From assembly GCA_000004985.1 (NCBI GenBank), contig GG738907.1: DNA of 64,000 bases; one strand, given 5' to 3'. Positions 44,725 through 56,751 of the stretch are shown one piece after another; the first letter of the stretch is position 1, and each line of letters begins with the position of its first letter. The notes under the pieces are model-generated. The model was not told the origin of the DNA and made no database searches. It saw nothing but the letters and a program-made list of their open reading frames with translations. The position numbers were made by a program, and so were the translations under genes. The stretch comes from Naegleria gruberi (lineage: Eukaryota).

Positions 44725-46505
44725 TTACTCAAATCGATGGTCATAAATTAAAGTTCTAATAGAGTGAGGAGGAATAACCATTTCTGCAGCATAATCAATG
44801 CCAATACTCATATCAATCAATTTGAAAATTTGGCTTGTTTGTTCTTGATTCATGACAATAACAACCATCTTATTTTCTGGTGTGATAAAGCTGGTAACAA
44901 GTAAGGTATCGAGGGTATTTTCATGAGCAATTCTTACAGAACCTTCAGTCAAATACTTTGAAAAGTGACCCATGTAGTAATACATTGGTTGCAAATAGAT
45001 GGATTGAGTCTTATTGTTGGCAACAATGGCAGCATCACACCAATTTTGCATATGAGTTGGTCCACCAATTGGATCGAGAATGCAATTCCAATCAGTCCAA
45101 CCTTGAGCATAATTTTCCAAATCATTAATAATGTCAAATCCATAACTTTCACCTCTTCCCCAATCTCCAAAAGCAACACGGGGTCCTTGAGTTGCCTCAG
45201 TGCCAAGCAGAATCTTTTCAGGAGCAATATCATGGGCCATTGTCAAGTGTTCATATTGTCCATTGACATACCAGTGGAATGCAGTTCCAGCTGTTTCAAT
45301 AATGAGAAAAATTGTAAAACAATTATTTATATTAAGAGAAATTGAATAGAACATAACTACATACCAACATATTTAGATGCTTCCTTATCAGCATAAATAA
45401 TCTCAGCCCACAAATGAACATGATCTCTATTGTGGTCATATATTAAAATGTTAACTTCTGGATGGTCCTGCTTAATTCTTGGTCCAAGATGTCTCTTAAT
45501 AAAATCTCTTTGGAATTCCGCAGTATAAACACAACTGTTATCCATTGAGAATATATTCCAATAAAAACTTCAAATTGAAATCAAAACTTACGCTTCATAT
45601 GGGCTTTAAATTGACAATTAATAAGAAAATTATTGAAATACTTACGCAGCAAATTCAGGTTCATTTTGAACAGTCAATCCCCAGAATGGAACACCTAAAT
45701 TCTTATAAGCAGTAATATATTTTGAATAGTATAAGGCCCATGAATCCAAAATTCTAGTTTCATTAATCAATCCAATTGGTGTTGAACTTCCATTCATGTC
45801 ATTATTAATTTTCATCCATGCAGGAGGACTCCAAGGAGAAAGGAATAATTTCAATGGTTTTCCATTAAAAGTTCTAGTATTATTTACCACTCTAGAAACC
45901 AATGGATATTTGAATAATTTATCTCTATTAATATTGAAATATTTCAAATCATAATCTCCATTCACATCATCACAACTATAAGTTCCCAATGAAAAATCAC
46001 ATGAATTCATAGGAATTCTTCCAACAGTATAATTTAATCCCTTTGGTGACCAATACAAATCAAGTATTTGTCTCTTTACATCTTCATTCATTGTTGAAAA
46101 GACAAATGATGAAGCCTCAGTCATGGCACAACCAAATCCAATAATCTTTTGCTTTTTATCTTTAGGATTCAACAAGACAAGATTATCATTCATATTGGGA
46201 ATAGTCTTTTTAAAGGAAATTGAATCAATTGGTGTCAAACGATCATTGGTATTTTGTGCAGTTTGAATCACTTGAATAATTGGAAGGCTTTCTTGTTGTT
46301 TTTTAAAGATGGGAGAGGAAGCATGAATCAATGCTCCTCCTCCGTTCTTCTCCATCAGAGGAAATATATTGCTGGTGATTATCATGATGACCATCAGCAG
46401 CGTCATCATCATGTATCTATTTGAATGAATGCCTCTTTGGAGTGACAACATTTTTTTCTGTTGTTTTATTTCATGAATTGGTGCTAATAATAATCGGGTT
46501 ATCAT
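44725..46505 (-). CDS. glucosylceramidase (glycoside hydrolase family 30), 3 exons (45636..46505, 45365..45567, 44725..45290)
   Basis: Alignable along its whole length to human GBA: KIIGFGCAMTEAS / GFGGAMTDAA, RIPMNSCDFS / RVPMASCDFS, LFLSPWSPPAWMK / LLASPWTSPTWLK, NEPEF / NEPSAG, QRDFIKRHLGP / QRDFIARDLGP, GWTDWNCILDPIGGP / GWTDWNLALNPEGGP. Both introns are 68 bp. Confidence 0.85.
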
Positions 46506-46737
46506 TGGTAACTCCTAAATGTTAAATAAGGAAATATTATGGAATACATTTTACAATGAAACCATTCTTCTTGTTTATTAAGGAGAAAATGAAGGAGCTA
46601 TTAATGAGCCTACTTGATATGAAGCAGTACTTGTCATTGAATAGTGATGCCTTATATTTCATCCATTTTCAAAGAATTTCAATAAAACACGGTTTTTGTA
46701 AACCTTCCGTAGTACTTATTTTGCTTCCAAACATGAA

Positions 46738-48441
46738 TTATCTTAAATGTTTTTGTCTCATTTCAACAAGTTCATCAAGTAAAACGTTGAATGACCACAT
46801 GAATGAAGGAATTTCAATTCTCAAATAATCACCAGAATTATTAACCTCTAGTGCTCGAAAATCCTGATTAGTCCACAAGTGATATGCATTTCCTTTCCAT
46901 CTTGTTATTTGTTCGAAACATCTCCAACTCTCTAACCTTGGAGAGTTCCATATTTCCAACAAAGCTGATGTTCCTTCAGGTAAAAAGAAAGTATGTGTCA
47001 AACCAGCTCCATGAAATCCTATCAGAAAATCTGAATTATGAACCAATTCTATTTGCTCTTTCAAACTGTAGTGTACAAAATCAACCTTTTTCACTTCAAA
47101 TTCTTTAGAACGAGAATGTTTTTTAATGGCATTGACCACATCATCTTCATTTGTGATTTGTCTGGCCATGTATTGATGATCCACTCCATCCTTCTGGTAT
47201 GGTTTTCTACTGATAAACAATATTTTGATCAAATCACCTTGTTGTGCTCTTCTCTTCTTGATATTCAATCCAGATAGAATCATATCTGCAAAAGAACGAA
47301 TCAGTTCAACTTGAGAATGACATGTATGCTGATTAATGGCAAAATCTTTGAGACTTGAAAACAATGGTGTGGCGTAACCACTTGATGCAAACAATGCATT
47401 CTCAAATCTAACTGGTCTTCCTTTGAAATGAGAAGCTTTGACCACTGGCCTAGAAACTGAGAGAGTGTGATTCCACAAAAAATCCACAAAACCCTCATAA
47501 TGTTCATCCATCAGAACAACCTGGAGTTTTTGGTTCTTGGTTTGGAACATCTCCAAGATCAAGTAACCTGCATAAAAGTCAGAAATGGCGTGGAACAAGT
47601 TGACATGTTCGTCTTGTTCCCTAAAAATGAAAAGTGTAGTTCCTGTAACTATTTCCACATCATTATGTGAGATTCTCAGTTTTTCGTTTGGTGATAAATC
47701 ATCTACAGATCGAAAACTTGAGAAAATGTCCTTACCGAAATCCTTTGAAAAGTAATCTAAATTAAACCTTGAATCGTGAAATTTACAATTGCCAATTAAT
47801 GCCCCTCTATTATAATTGTAATATGTTGGCTTTTTACAAAAGTAATTAGGTCTATATCGAAGACACTCAGCATGTACAAGTTTTGAAAAGTCTATAATCA
47901 AATTCTGAGATTTACAAACTGTATGTGGTTTGGTTCCACCTGGCAAGTGTTTGTTATTGAAATTGTAACAAACCAAGTTGGATTTATAATCCCCTTTTCC
48001 ACTCGAACGCCAAATATTCTTAAACAGTTGGAATTTCGATTTTGGTGGTTCTGTAATGGTTTCTTCCTCTCCACAAAATATGAGTGGTTTCTCTTTCCAT
48101 TTCCTTAATAATCCACAATCATATTCATCGTAACAAACTCTATCTTGACTCCTCTCAAACAGTGAGCTATTCTTCATATTCTGTTCTGAACAGATCAGTT
48201 GTGGAAGTTTCCTCCACATGGTTTGCTGCTGATTGGTTTGTGAGAGAGGAATACTACTTCTCAGAGAGACTAAAGAAGGCATCCTTAGCGAGCTAACATC
48301 CACTCTAAATCTATGACTACTATGTACAATCAGGATAAGAATCATCAACACAGAACAAATGGCAAGATAGATTTGAAATATTTTCACGAGATTCATGTGT
48401 TGTTTGCTGCTTGAGTTTATCTTCATTTTTTCATGTAACAC
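46738..48441 (-). CDS. type II membrane glycosyltransferase, GT61 (DUF563 / EOGT-like) family, 567 aa
   Basis: N-terminal signal anchor (IYLAICSVLMILILIV). C-terminal ..FLIGFHGAGLTHTFFLPEGTSALLEI.. resembles the GT61 HGAGLTN motif. Confidence 0.6.
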   Translation of the reverse strand: MLHEKMKINSSSKQHMNLVKIFQIYLAICSVLMILILIVHSSHRFRVDVSSLRMPSLVSLRSSIPLSQTNQQQTMWRKLPQLICSEQNMKNSSLFERSQDRVCYDEYDCGLLRKWKEKPLIFCGEEETITEPPKSKFQLFKNIWRSSGKGDYKSNLVCYNFNNKHLPGGTKPHTVCKSQNLIIDFSKLVHAECLRYRPNYFCKKPTYYNYNRGALIGNCKFHDSRFNLDYFSKDFGKDIFSSFRSVDDLSPNEKLRISHNDVEIVTGTTLFIFREQDEHVNLFHAISDFYAGYLILEMFQTKNQKLQVVLMDEHYEGFVDFLWNHTLSVSRPVVKASHFKGRPVRFENALFASSGYATPLFSSLKDFAINQHTCHSQVELIRSFADMILSGLNIKKRRAQQGDLIKILFISRKPYQKDGVDHQYMARQITNEDDVVNAIKKHSRSKEFEVKKVDFVHYSLKEQIELVHNSDFLIGFHGAGLTHTFFLPEGTSALLEIWNSPRLESWRCFEQITRWKGNAYHLWTNQDFRALEVNNSGDYLRIEIPSFMWSFNVLLDELVEMRQKHLR

Positions 48442-49089
48442 AGTACGTTTAAAACATCACCACACCATATGGGATTGTTTATGAGGTCGTTTGGTGTTGT
48501 GGCGTCGGTGAGTTTCCCTAAATGATCATGTGTTTTTGTGTGCCCTTAATATTCGTGCTCTCAATCTTTTTTATATTTGCTTTAATTGGTGAACCGTATT
48601 GAATGGCAGGAGATTTGGCAACACAAAACAATCCCATTCGATTTTAAGAAGCTCCTTTTTCATTCAATGTATTGGAACCTACATTTTTAATGAGTGGCAA
48701 TGAATGTTAACTTGTATCTGTGATATTATACAAATGTTTGATTCAGGCATGAGGGAATGTTCTTAATACATTATTTTCTAATGCTAACCATCCTCTATTT
48801 CCAATGATTAGAGAGATAATCTTGTTCACTGTTCTCTTCTTTGAATTTCCTTAGTAAAAAATTGTCTACTGACAACATGACGATGATGATCTGTTTTTGT
48901 AGCGTCATTTTACAAGAAGGTAATTTGTCCACCTCTGCCTCATGTAAAGCAATTCCTCTTTCATGTCTAGTACGATTGACCGTTGCACAATCCTTTAAAT
49001 CCATAATGCCGAAAAGAAGGTTCTAACATTGTTCTGATGTTGCGAACTGTCCAAACAACCAAGAATGAAACAAAGTAATAGAAAAAAAT

Positions 49090-50641
49090 ATGCAAAGACT
49101 ACTGATTCATAGTACTTCACCTCTACCTGATGACGAGGAGTCTCAGGTGATGATGAATTCACCATCGTCAAAGATTCTATCAAATAATCTTTGTCATTCT
49201 GCAGCTCAATCACTAACTAATAATACCTCACCTATATTACTGACAGACAAACTTAAACCAACAATATCCAATGGACAGAAACAAGCCATAGAATGCTCAA
49301 CCAAGCTGCTGTTCATTCTCTCTTTAGTAAGCCTTTTAGCAATGCTCTGTTTAACCATCCTGAGTACATCATCTTCATCATCAACCTCAGTGGCCAGCAC
49401 TAAATTATCTGTAAATGTAATGCACAGTGGTGAATTTATCAGTGTGGATGAATCATTTGTTGTGAAGGCAAGAGTCTTTCCAGTCACTTATCTGGATGTA
49501 GATTTTTCCAATCCAGAAAATCTAAAACTGAATAGGGTGAGAGGTATTTGCAAAATTTATCTATCTACCTACTTTATGTTTAATTATAATGAAAGAAGAT
49601 CATCCTATAATCCTCCTACTGTTATTGGTGCCGATGGTTTGGGAGAGACTCCATACAGTAAGTAATAATCTCATTATACTTTTCATCACATGTTAATAAT
49701 TTGATAGCACATTGGAAGAAAATAGAGAGAACACTTCAATTCCTAACAGGAGAGGAATCAAATTATATAAGTGATAACGATATCGTTGTGTTTAGTGATT
49801 CAACGGATGTGTTTTTCATTAATAATATTGAGGAAATAAGAAATGTCTATGAAAATTACTATGTGAAGGAATTAGCTAAAATTGATTTGGAAGCAGATGC
49901 AGAGAAGGATTGGCCATTAGTATTCATTGCCGAGAAGAATAAGTGGCCTCCAAATGAGTATATTCAAAACATGTTCGAGGTAAGTGCAATGCATTCAAAT
50001 CACATCTTAACATTCCTTAATAATTATTCATTTAGAAAACACAAGAGGAAACGGAAATGGTGAAAAAACACTATTACAACAAGGATGGATATCATGTTTA
50101 TAATAATTGTGATAGATCCAATCAGAGAATTTATCTGAATAGTGGTCTCTATGTAGGAAGAAAACGTGACATTAGAAAGGCCCTCACCATTGGAATTAAT
50201 ATCAAGAGAGCAGAGCCAAAGGAAAGATTGGGAGATCAAGCCGTCTATCAGTACATTTACACAACCAAAAAGTATCCAATTCTTATGGATTGCGAGTACA
50301 AAATGTTCTTCAGTCCATTCTCTGTTTGCCATACTGTTGTTAGTAATCCTGCAAGCAAGTGGTCATGTTCAATTAATGAAAATAATAAGCCAACACCAAA
50401 TACTGTTGTAGCTCTGCACTCTAATGGAGGATTTTGTCCCTCATTGTGTAATTGTTTCAGCTCGATGAAACAAAAGGGTTCCTTCAAGAAGATGCTCACT
50501 CAATACAAGGACACTATGAGTTTCAAATCCTATGATATCAACACAAAGAAGGTGACTGATGTGTTGATGGACTATGCTTGTGGACGCTTTGTTGAAGAGA
50601 ATTTCCCACAAAAATCCTGCAATGTTCAACCTGGCAAGTAA
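49090..50641 (+). CDS. type II membrane protein with a GT-A domain resembling the N-terminal glycosyltransferase domain of lysyl hydroxylase (PLOD/LH3), 3 exons (49090..49657, 49708..49979, 50036..50641)
   Basis: NDIVVFSDSTDVFFI resembles PLOD LILFVDSYDVIL. RIYLNSGLYVGRK resembles RFLNSGGFIGFA. TM anchor LLFILSLVSLLAMLCLTIL. Introns GTAAGT..ATAG (50 bp) and GTAAGT..TTAG (56 bp). Confidence 0.55.
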
Positions 50642-50903
50642 TGAGCTCAGTAAATGGTAAATAATTCTCCTTTTGGATGCGTTGAATCCAAACCATGTTC
50701 TAATATAGAATTAAACATATTAGCACCTTCAACAGTATTATACCAACCAAATTATAATTTATTGAGATGCAAAATAAATAGTTTTAGTCATCAAGTATCG
50801 ATCCTAAAGATACAGTAATGTTACAGCGTATGGTTGTCCTCAAAACCGAGGGTGAAAGACTAATCAAGTTATCTCCAAAAAATCAACAAGCACATCCCAT
50901 AGA

Positions 50904-51293
50904 TTACTCCTTTCCTCGTAGGTCCTCATCCATAATGTCCTCATCTTCATTGATTTCATCCTCTCTGTCCTCTCTTATTTTCCTCATTCTTTCCAATGAT
51001 TGATTGTATTCGTATTGTGTTTTTGCGTGAATAGTGAGGGCATGTAAACCATCCCGAAATTCATCAGAAATAGCCTTATGAATCATTCGATGTCTCTTAA
51101 CCATTGTTTGTCCTTCAAAATTATCGGACACAATAGTGATCCGAAGATGTGACTCTCCACCAGCTTGTTTGAAAATATCATTGTGTGCTCCATCATTTTC
51201 ATAGGGTTTGGAAATGTTTTTAATTGATAATTTAATAGGAGAGAATTGATTGGTGAGTGTTTTAATAATCCGAGAGGAACGTGTGGCTGACAT
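50904..51293 (-). CDS. BolA-like protein (129 aa) with acidic C-terminal tail
   Basis: ..ESHLRITIVSDNFEGQTMVKRHRMIHKAISDEFRDGLHALTIHAKTQYE.. fits the BolA HL.V.IVS..F.G...V.RHR...IHAL signature. Confidence 0.75.
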   Translation of the reverse strand: MSATRSSRIIKTLTNQFSPIKLSIKNISKPYENDGAHNDIFKQAGGESHLRITIVSDNFEGQTMVKRHRMIHKAISDEFRDGLHALTIHAKTQYEYNQSLERMRKIREDREDEINEDEDIMDEDLRGKE

Positions 51294-51403
51294 TTTTTAT
51301 AATTCATTTGTTATAAAAACTTCCATTTTGAAAACACTTGCCATAATATTCATATATATATATGAATGCAATTGTTATACTCAATGTTGAGTGAGCAAGA
51401 AAT

Positions 51404-52379
51404 TTATTCATCATCCTCTTCGTCTTGGTTTTCATTGTCTTCATCTTCATAATCTTTGATTGGATATTTGCTTTCCAATAAATTATTCTCATCTCTCTCA
51501 CCAAGATATACATGAATTTTAATGTACTTATTCAAATAGGTCAATGAATGTTCTGGATATCCACAAATACTGTTCGAAAGTCTTTGAATCCACATTATTA
51601 AATCCAAATCAACAAAAACTCCATTATTATTTGGTAAATGTTCAGAAACGAAGAAGCATCCTTCTGAACTATAGGCTAATGCCTTTTCATCATTTTCTAA
51701 ATGAACACTTCCATATGAATTACTACAGGGAACTTCAACAATTTTGTAAACTATTTCACATATAATTACAATAAAAATATTTCAAAAATTACAAACCTTG
51801 ATTTGTCAACTCATTCTTAACTCTTGTCAAGAGTAAACTTCCATATCCTGCACATTCTTCCTTAAAAAAGTAAGCATACTTATTTTCACATTCAGTTGAA
51901 TCATCTGAACCACCATCAAACCAACTACTTGCCAATTGTTTCATTTCCAAAGTTGGTTCAAAGTTTTCATCGCCATCTTTATAGGAACATTCGTCTACTT
52001 CACCAACGAATAGTTTAGAATACTTTTTGTAGATATTTTCATGTGAAAGAATGGTCAACTTGGAGAAACTTTTCTTTAGGGCAAAGTGTGCCTTGTGAAT
52101 GGATGAAAATTTACTTTTCACACTTTCGAATACTTGACCACCAACCACAGGATCTTGTTCATTAATCAGCCTATCGTAATAAACTTGTTGAAATTGTTTC
52201 TTCCATTGTGAATCATCATTTAACACATATGCAAAATCTTGGTTGACCAAAATGGCACTCAAAATATCTGGAACAGTAAGAAACTGGGCAATACAATCCA
52301 CTACTGTACTGGACCATGGAGAAGTGCAATTTGTGCGCTTATTGGGTGTTGTGGATTCTTCCAGAGATCGTTTAGACAT
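51404..52379 (-). CDS. F-box protein with acidic C-terminus, 2 exons (51797..52379 and 51404..51750; 46-bp GTTTGT..ATAG intron)
   Basis: F-box: VVDCIAQFLTVPDILSAILVNQDFAYVLNDDSQWKKQF. Exons join ..ELTNQG|VYKIVEVPCSNSYG... The C-terminal domain is unassigned. Ends DEDNENQDEEDDE. Confidence 0.55.
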
Positions 52380-52697
52380 TTTTTTTGGTTGTGACTTGAT
52401 TTCCGGCGGGAATAGGAAAGATTACAAGATTTGCACCAAGATATCTTTGTCACTTTGTAAACTACAAATGTTCTTTATATTCTAAACATTTGTCTGCTCA
52501 TCATAAATTAACATTAAATGGTCAATTGAAACTGTTGTGGTATCTACAGGTATCTATCCGTGATTTGAAATAATATTCTTAAAGTTGGTTTAACCACAAT
52601 AATCAAAACAATGAATTTCCAAGTAAAAGATAAAGGTCAGAGAGTGAAAAGTAAGTTAAATATGTAATATTCAAAATAATTAAAAAATTAATAAAAA

Positions 52698-53134
52698 ATG
52701 CCAAAAAGTGCCGAACAACAAATTGAAGAACAAAGGTAAGAAGAAATTTCTTGATGATGGATTTATTTATAAACATAATGAACGCGTGATGTTGGATTTA
52801 ATATCGGAACAATAGTCAAATTCAAGAAATTATTCAAAATATTCTTATTGACCAAGAACAAATTAATCAACTCAGAACAAAACAAAAGCAAGCTACTCTT
52901 GCTGAATCGAGCATAGATAAATTAAAGGATGATGAAAAAGTGTGGTCTTGCGGAATTGGAGGATTTTTCATTCAAGTTGACGCAAAGGAAATGAGAGAAA
53001 TGATTAGAGAGGAGAAGAAAGTTTGCAAATCGGAACAAAGTCAAATTTCAAATCAAATTGAAGAAAGTCAAAAATTATTGACGAGTATTGATCCTACTGA
53101 TGTTTATAAATTGCAACAATTATACTTGAAATAA
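52698..53134 (+). CDS. prefoldin beta-type subunit, 2 exons (52698..52735 and 52816..53134)
   Basis: MPKSAEQQIEEQ|SQIQEIIQ..LRTKQKQATLAESSIDKL..KVWSCGIGGFFIQVDAKEMREMIRE..: coiled coil – beta hairpin (G.FF) – coiled coil, about 118 aa. 80-bp GTAAGA..ATAG intron. Confidence 0.6.
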
Positions 53135-53365
53135 TCATCATCATCCAATGGAAAATAATTATTTGGTAACCTATCAAACAACACAATCGAAAAAAGCATT
53201 CCAAGAAATAGATGAACAAGAATGAAGTGACTTGTATAACTCTCGAAATAAACTATTCAATGCAATCTGTTTATTTGTAACGAGCCTATTTTTGATTATT
53301 TGTTGATTAATGCAATATTAGAGTAAATATTAAAATTGCATTAATTTACAAATAACTTTAAAAAA

Positions 53366-54274
53366 ATGAAGAGAAGTCACGAAGGCGAAATTCCACCACT
53401 CGATGTTTCTGCTACAACATCTGATGCAACACCAAAAACCAATGATATGACTGATGAATCACCACGATCGACAACATCCGAAGGAGGTTACAGAGAAAAT
53501 TACAATAATAGAGGAGGTGGAGGTTACAGAGGAAGAGGAAGAGGTGGAGGAGGTTATCGATCAAATCAACCTAAAAAGCCTAGACAATACAAACATGCTG
53601 TAGAAAAATTATTTGATGATTATTCAAATTCATTGGATGACTCTAATAATAGAAAGGAAAGAATTTATAAAGCTACCAGAGATGTGACAATTGAAGCAAA
53701 ACAAATAATATTTAATCTTCATAGATATGATCCAAAGCAGGGAAATAAGGAGGAAATTTTGAAGGAAGCCAAAGAAAAAATTGATTCCATTGTAAATGAA
53801 CATTTATCGATTGTAAAAAAGGAAATTGATGAAAAATTTAGTGAATACTTTTGGAAATATGCTAGATCTTATTCATTTGGATTGCAAGAATTGATTGAAG
53901 CCATTTCTTTCTATTACTATATCAAGGATGGAAGTTTAGTAACTTGTGAAAATATTGAAAAGGATACAAATTTCCCAGTTAGTAGATTGGATTATTTGCT
54001 TGGTATTTCTGATTTAACAGGTGAATTAATGAGATTTGCCACTAATCATTTTACAGTGGAAACTATTCCTCCATCAGTTAAGGATTTTATGAGTGAGCTA
54101 TTCTCCCATTTCCAAAACCTACTTGTTACCTGCAAGGGTCTTTCACCTTATGAAGAAAAAGATCTCAAAAACAAGATTGAAATTATGGAAACCTCATTGT
54201 CCAAAGTTGAAAAACTCTGTTACAATATCACTCTCCAAAAGAATGACAAATATGTGAATTATAAATTAATTTAA
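53366..54274 (+). CDS. translin-family protein (translin / TRAX-like) with N-terminal RGG box (302 aa)
   Basis: RGGGGYRGRGRGGGGYR N-terminal region. Core ..LDYLLGISDLTGELMRFA.. matches the translin / translin-associated factor X signature. Confidence 0.7.
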   Translation: MKRSHEGEIPPLDVSATTSDATPKTNDMTDESPRSTTSEGGYRENYNNRGGGGYRGRGRGGGGYRSNQPKKPRQYKHAVEKLFDDYSNSLDDSNNRKERIYKATRDVTIEAKQIIFNLHRYDPKQGNKEEILKEAKEKIDSIVNEHLSIVKKEIDEKFSEYFWKYARSYSFGLQELIEAISFYYYIKDGSLVTCENIEKDTNFPVSRLDYLLGISDLTGELMRFATNHFTVETIPPSVKDFMSELFSHFQNLLVTCKGLSPYEEKDLKNKIEIMETSLSKVEKLCYNITLQKNDKYVNYKLI

Positions 54275-54447
54275 TTTTAATATTAATATTCAACTATCAC
54301 TTATCATTACAAAATTGAGAAGATCCAAAGAAAAAACTCAATCATGAAATGCTTCATTTGCCATGATGATCAAGACCCCATTAAACAGTGTTCAATCCCA
54401 TCATTACATTGAATGTTTAATTTAAATATTGAATTGTCGATAAAAAA

Positions 54448-55273
<826 letters not shown>

Positions 55274-55502
55274 GGTAACATTGTGTCTACCCTTCTGGAA
55301 CTATTCCAATAAACAACATTAAATTATTATCTTTTAAATTTCCTTTTAAATTAATTCCAATAATTATTTAATTATTTTACACTAAAATACAATTTATTAC
55401 ACTTAGCGGGGGTGTGTAAATGTAATATAATCAATGATGACTAGTTATGATATTGTTTTTTGTGATCTTTCATCACCATCAATCATTTTCACATTCACAA
55501 AA

Positions 55503-56402
55503 TTATTGTTGAGCACCTGTTGATTGAGTAGTAACAGTATTAGCAGTATTTCTTGGTTGTCCTCTTCCTCCTCTATTTCCACCACGTCCACCTCTTCCTC
55601 TACCTCTTCCACGAGGTCTGCTCATACCTCTTTGAGCAGCACCACCAGTTTGTGCAGCACCTGAAGTTTGAGCAGTACCACCAGTTTGTTGTTGTTGTTG
55701 AGCAGTTTCAGGATTTCTTTGACGTGGTTGACGAGTAGTAGCAGTGGTAGTAGTAGTTGCTGTTGTAGTAGTAGTTGCTTCTCCACCAGTTTGTTGTTGT
55801 TGTTGTTGTTTACGAGTAGCACCACTTCTGAATCTTCTTCTTCTCTTTCCAGCAGCAGCACCTTCACCTCCAGCACCAACAGGAACCTTCTTAGTAGAGA
55901 TGATTTGTGGAGCAGTGACTTGATCAGCTGGAATTGGTGGTTGATAACCCAAGTCAGAAGTATCCAAAGCCTTCTTTGACAATTTAATAACAATAGAACT
56001 GACAGTACGCTTCTTGGTAACAACATCCATACCTTCTTCCTTTGGTTCGTATTGATCTTCAATTTCTTGTGATTCGATGGAAGTAATTTGATGCAAGCCA
56101 GCAACTCTTCTCTTCAAAACCTCAGCAATGGTAACAGCCTTTTGAATAGCCTTGCCCATAGCCTTCAATACAACAGTATCGAATGGTTCGGATGGAGTTT
56201 GGACATCTTTTTCTTCCTTTTGCAAGAGAGTTGGATCTAACAAACCAACAGCATAGGAAATGTAATTTCTACTTCTACCTTGAGCGGTAATTCTAATTTC
56301 ATTCTTTTGAATTTCATTGTTGTTGTTATTGGAAACACCACTACCACCAGTAGCACTTGAAGCCTTGTTGCCAACCTTCTTATAGACGTTTGATGAGGAC
56401 AT
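55503..56402 (-). CDS. Alba-domain nucleic-acid-binding protein with poly-Q/Thr and C-terminal RGG repeats (299 aa)
   Basis: ITAQGRSRNYISYAVGLL..VVLKAMGKAIQKAVTIAEVLKRR is an Alba core. C-terminal RGRGRGRGGRGGNRGGRG. Internal (CAA)n poly-Gln runs. Confidence 0.75.
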   Translation of the reverse strand: MSSSNVYKKVGNKASSATGGSGVSNNNNNEIQKNEIRITAQGRSRNYISYAVGLLDPTLLQKEEKDVQTPSEPFDTVVLKAMGKAIQKAVTIAEVLKRRVAGLHQITSIESQEIEDQYEPKEEGMDVVTKKRTVSSIVIKLSKKALDTSDLGYQPPIPADQVTAPQIISTKKVPVGAGGEGAAAGKRRRRFRSGATRKQQQQQQTGGEATTTTTATTTTTATTRQPRQRNPETAQQQQQTGGTAQTSGAAQTGGAAQRGMSRPRGRGRGRGGRGGNRGGRGQPRNTANTVTTQSTGAQQ

Positions 56403-56751
56403 TGGTCACTTTGTATTATATTATTGATATATTTTTTTCACACACCTGTTTGTATTAAAAATAGATTGATCGGAATATTTATTACAAAGTTTCAAAAGCA
56501 CAACTGTTGTTTATTCCGATTTTATTATTTTAACAAGAAGAATTAATGTTTTATTAGAAGAAATATGTAGGTGAATGAAGAAATGAATAATTAGATGACT
56601 TTCTCTGCAATCTTGTTATTCAACTTGTCAATCTTGAATAATTTCTCTCAAGAAGGGAATTGAAAAATAAATTACAGACATACCTATTCATCTATTAAGT
56701 GATATTGAACTGTGAGAGTTAAGAGTTCAGTTGAACTTTATATAAAAAAAA

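Noticed and set aside
45357-45640. A 12-nt micro-exon (cccatatgaagc) as an alternative way to join GBA exons 1 and 2
   Set aside because: A single 68-bp intron (45568..45635) gives an equally good, longer alignment to GBA (..NEPEFAAFYWNIFSMDNSCVYTAEFQRDF..) and does not need a micro-exon.
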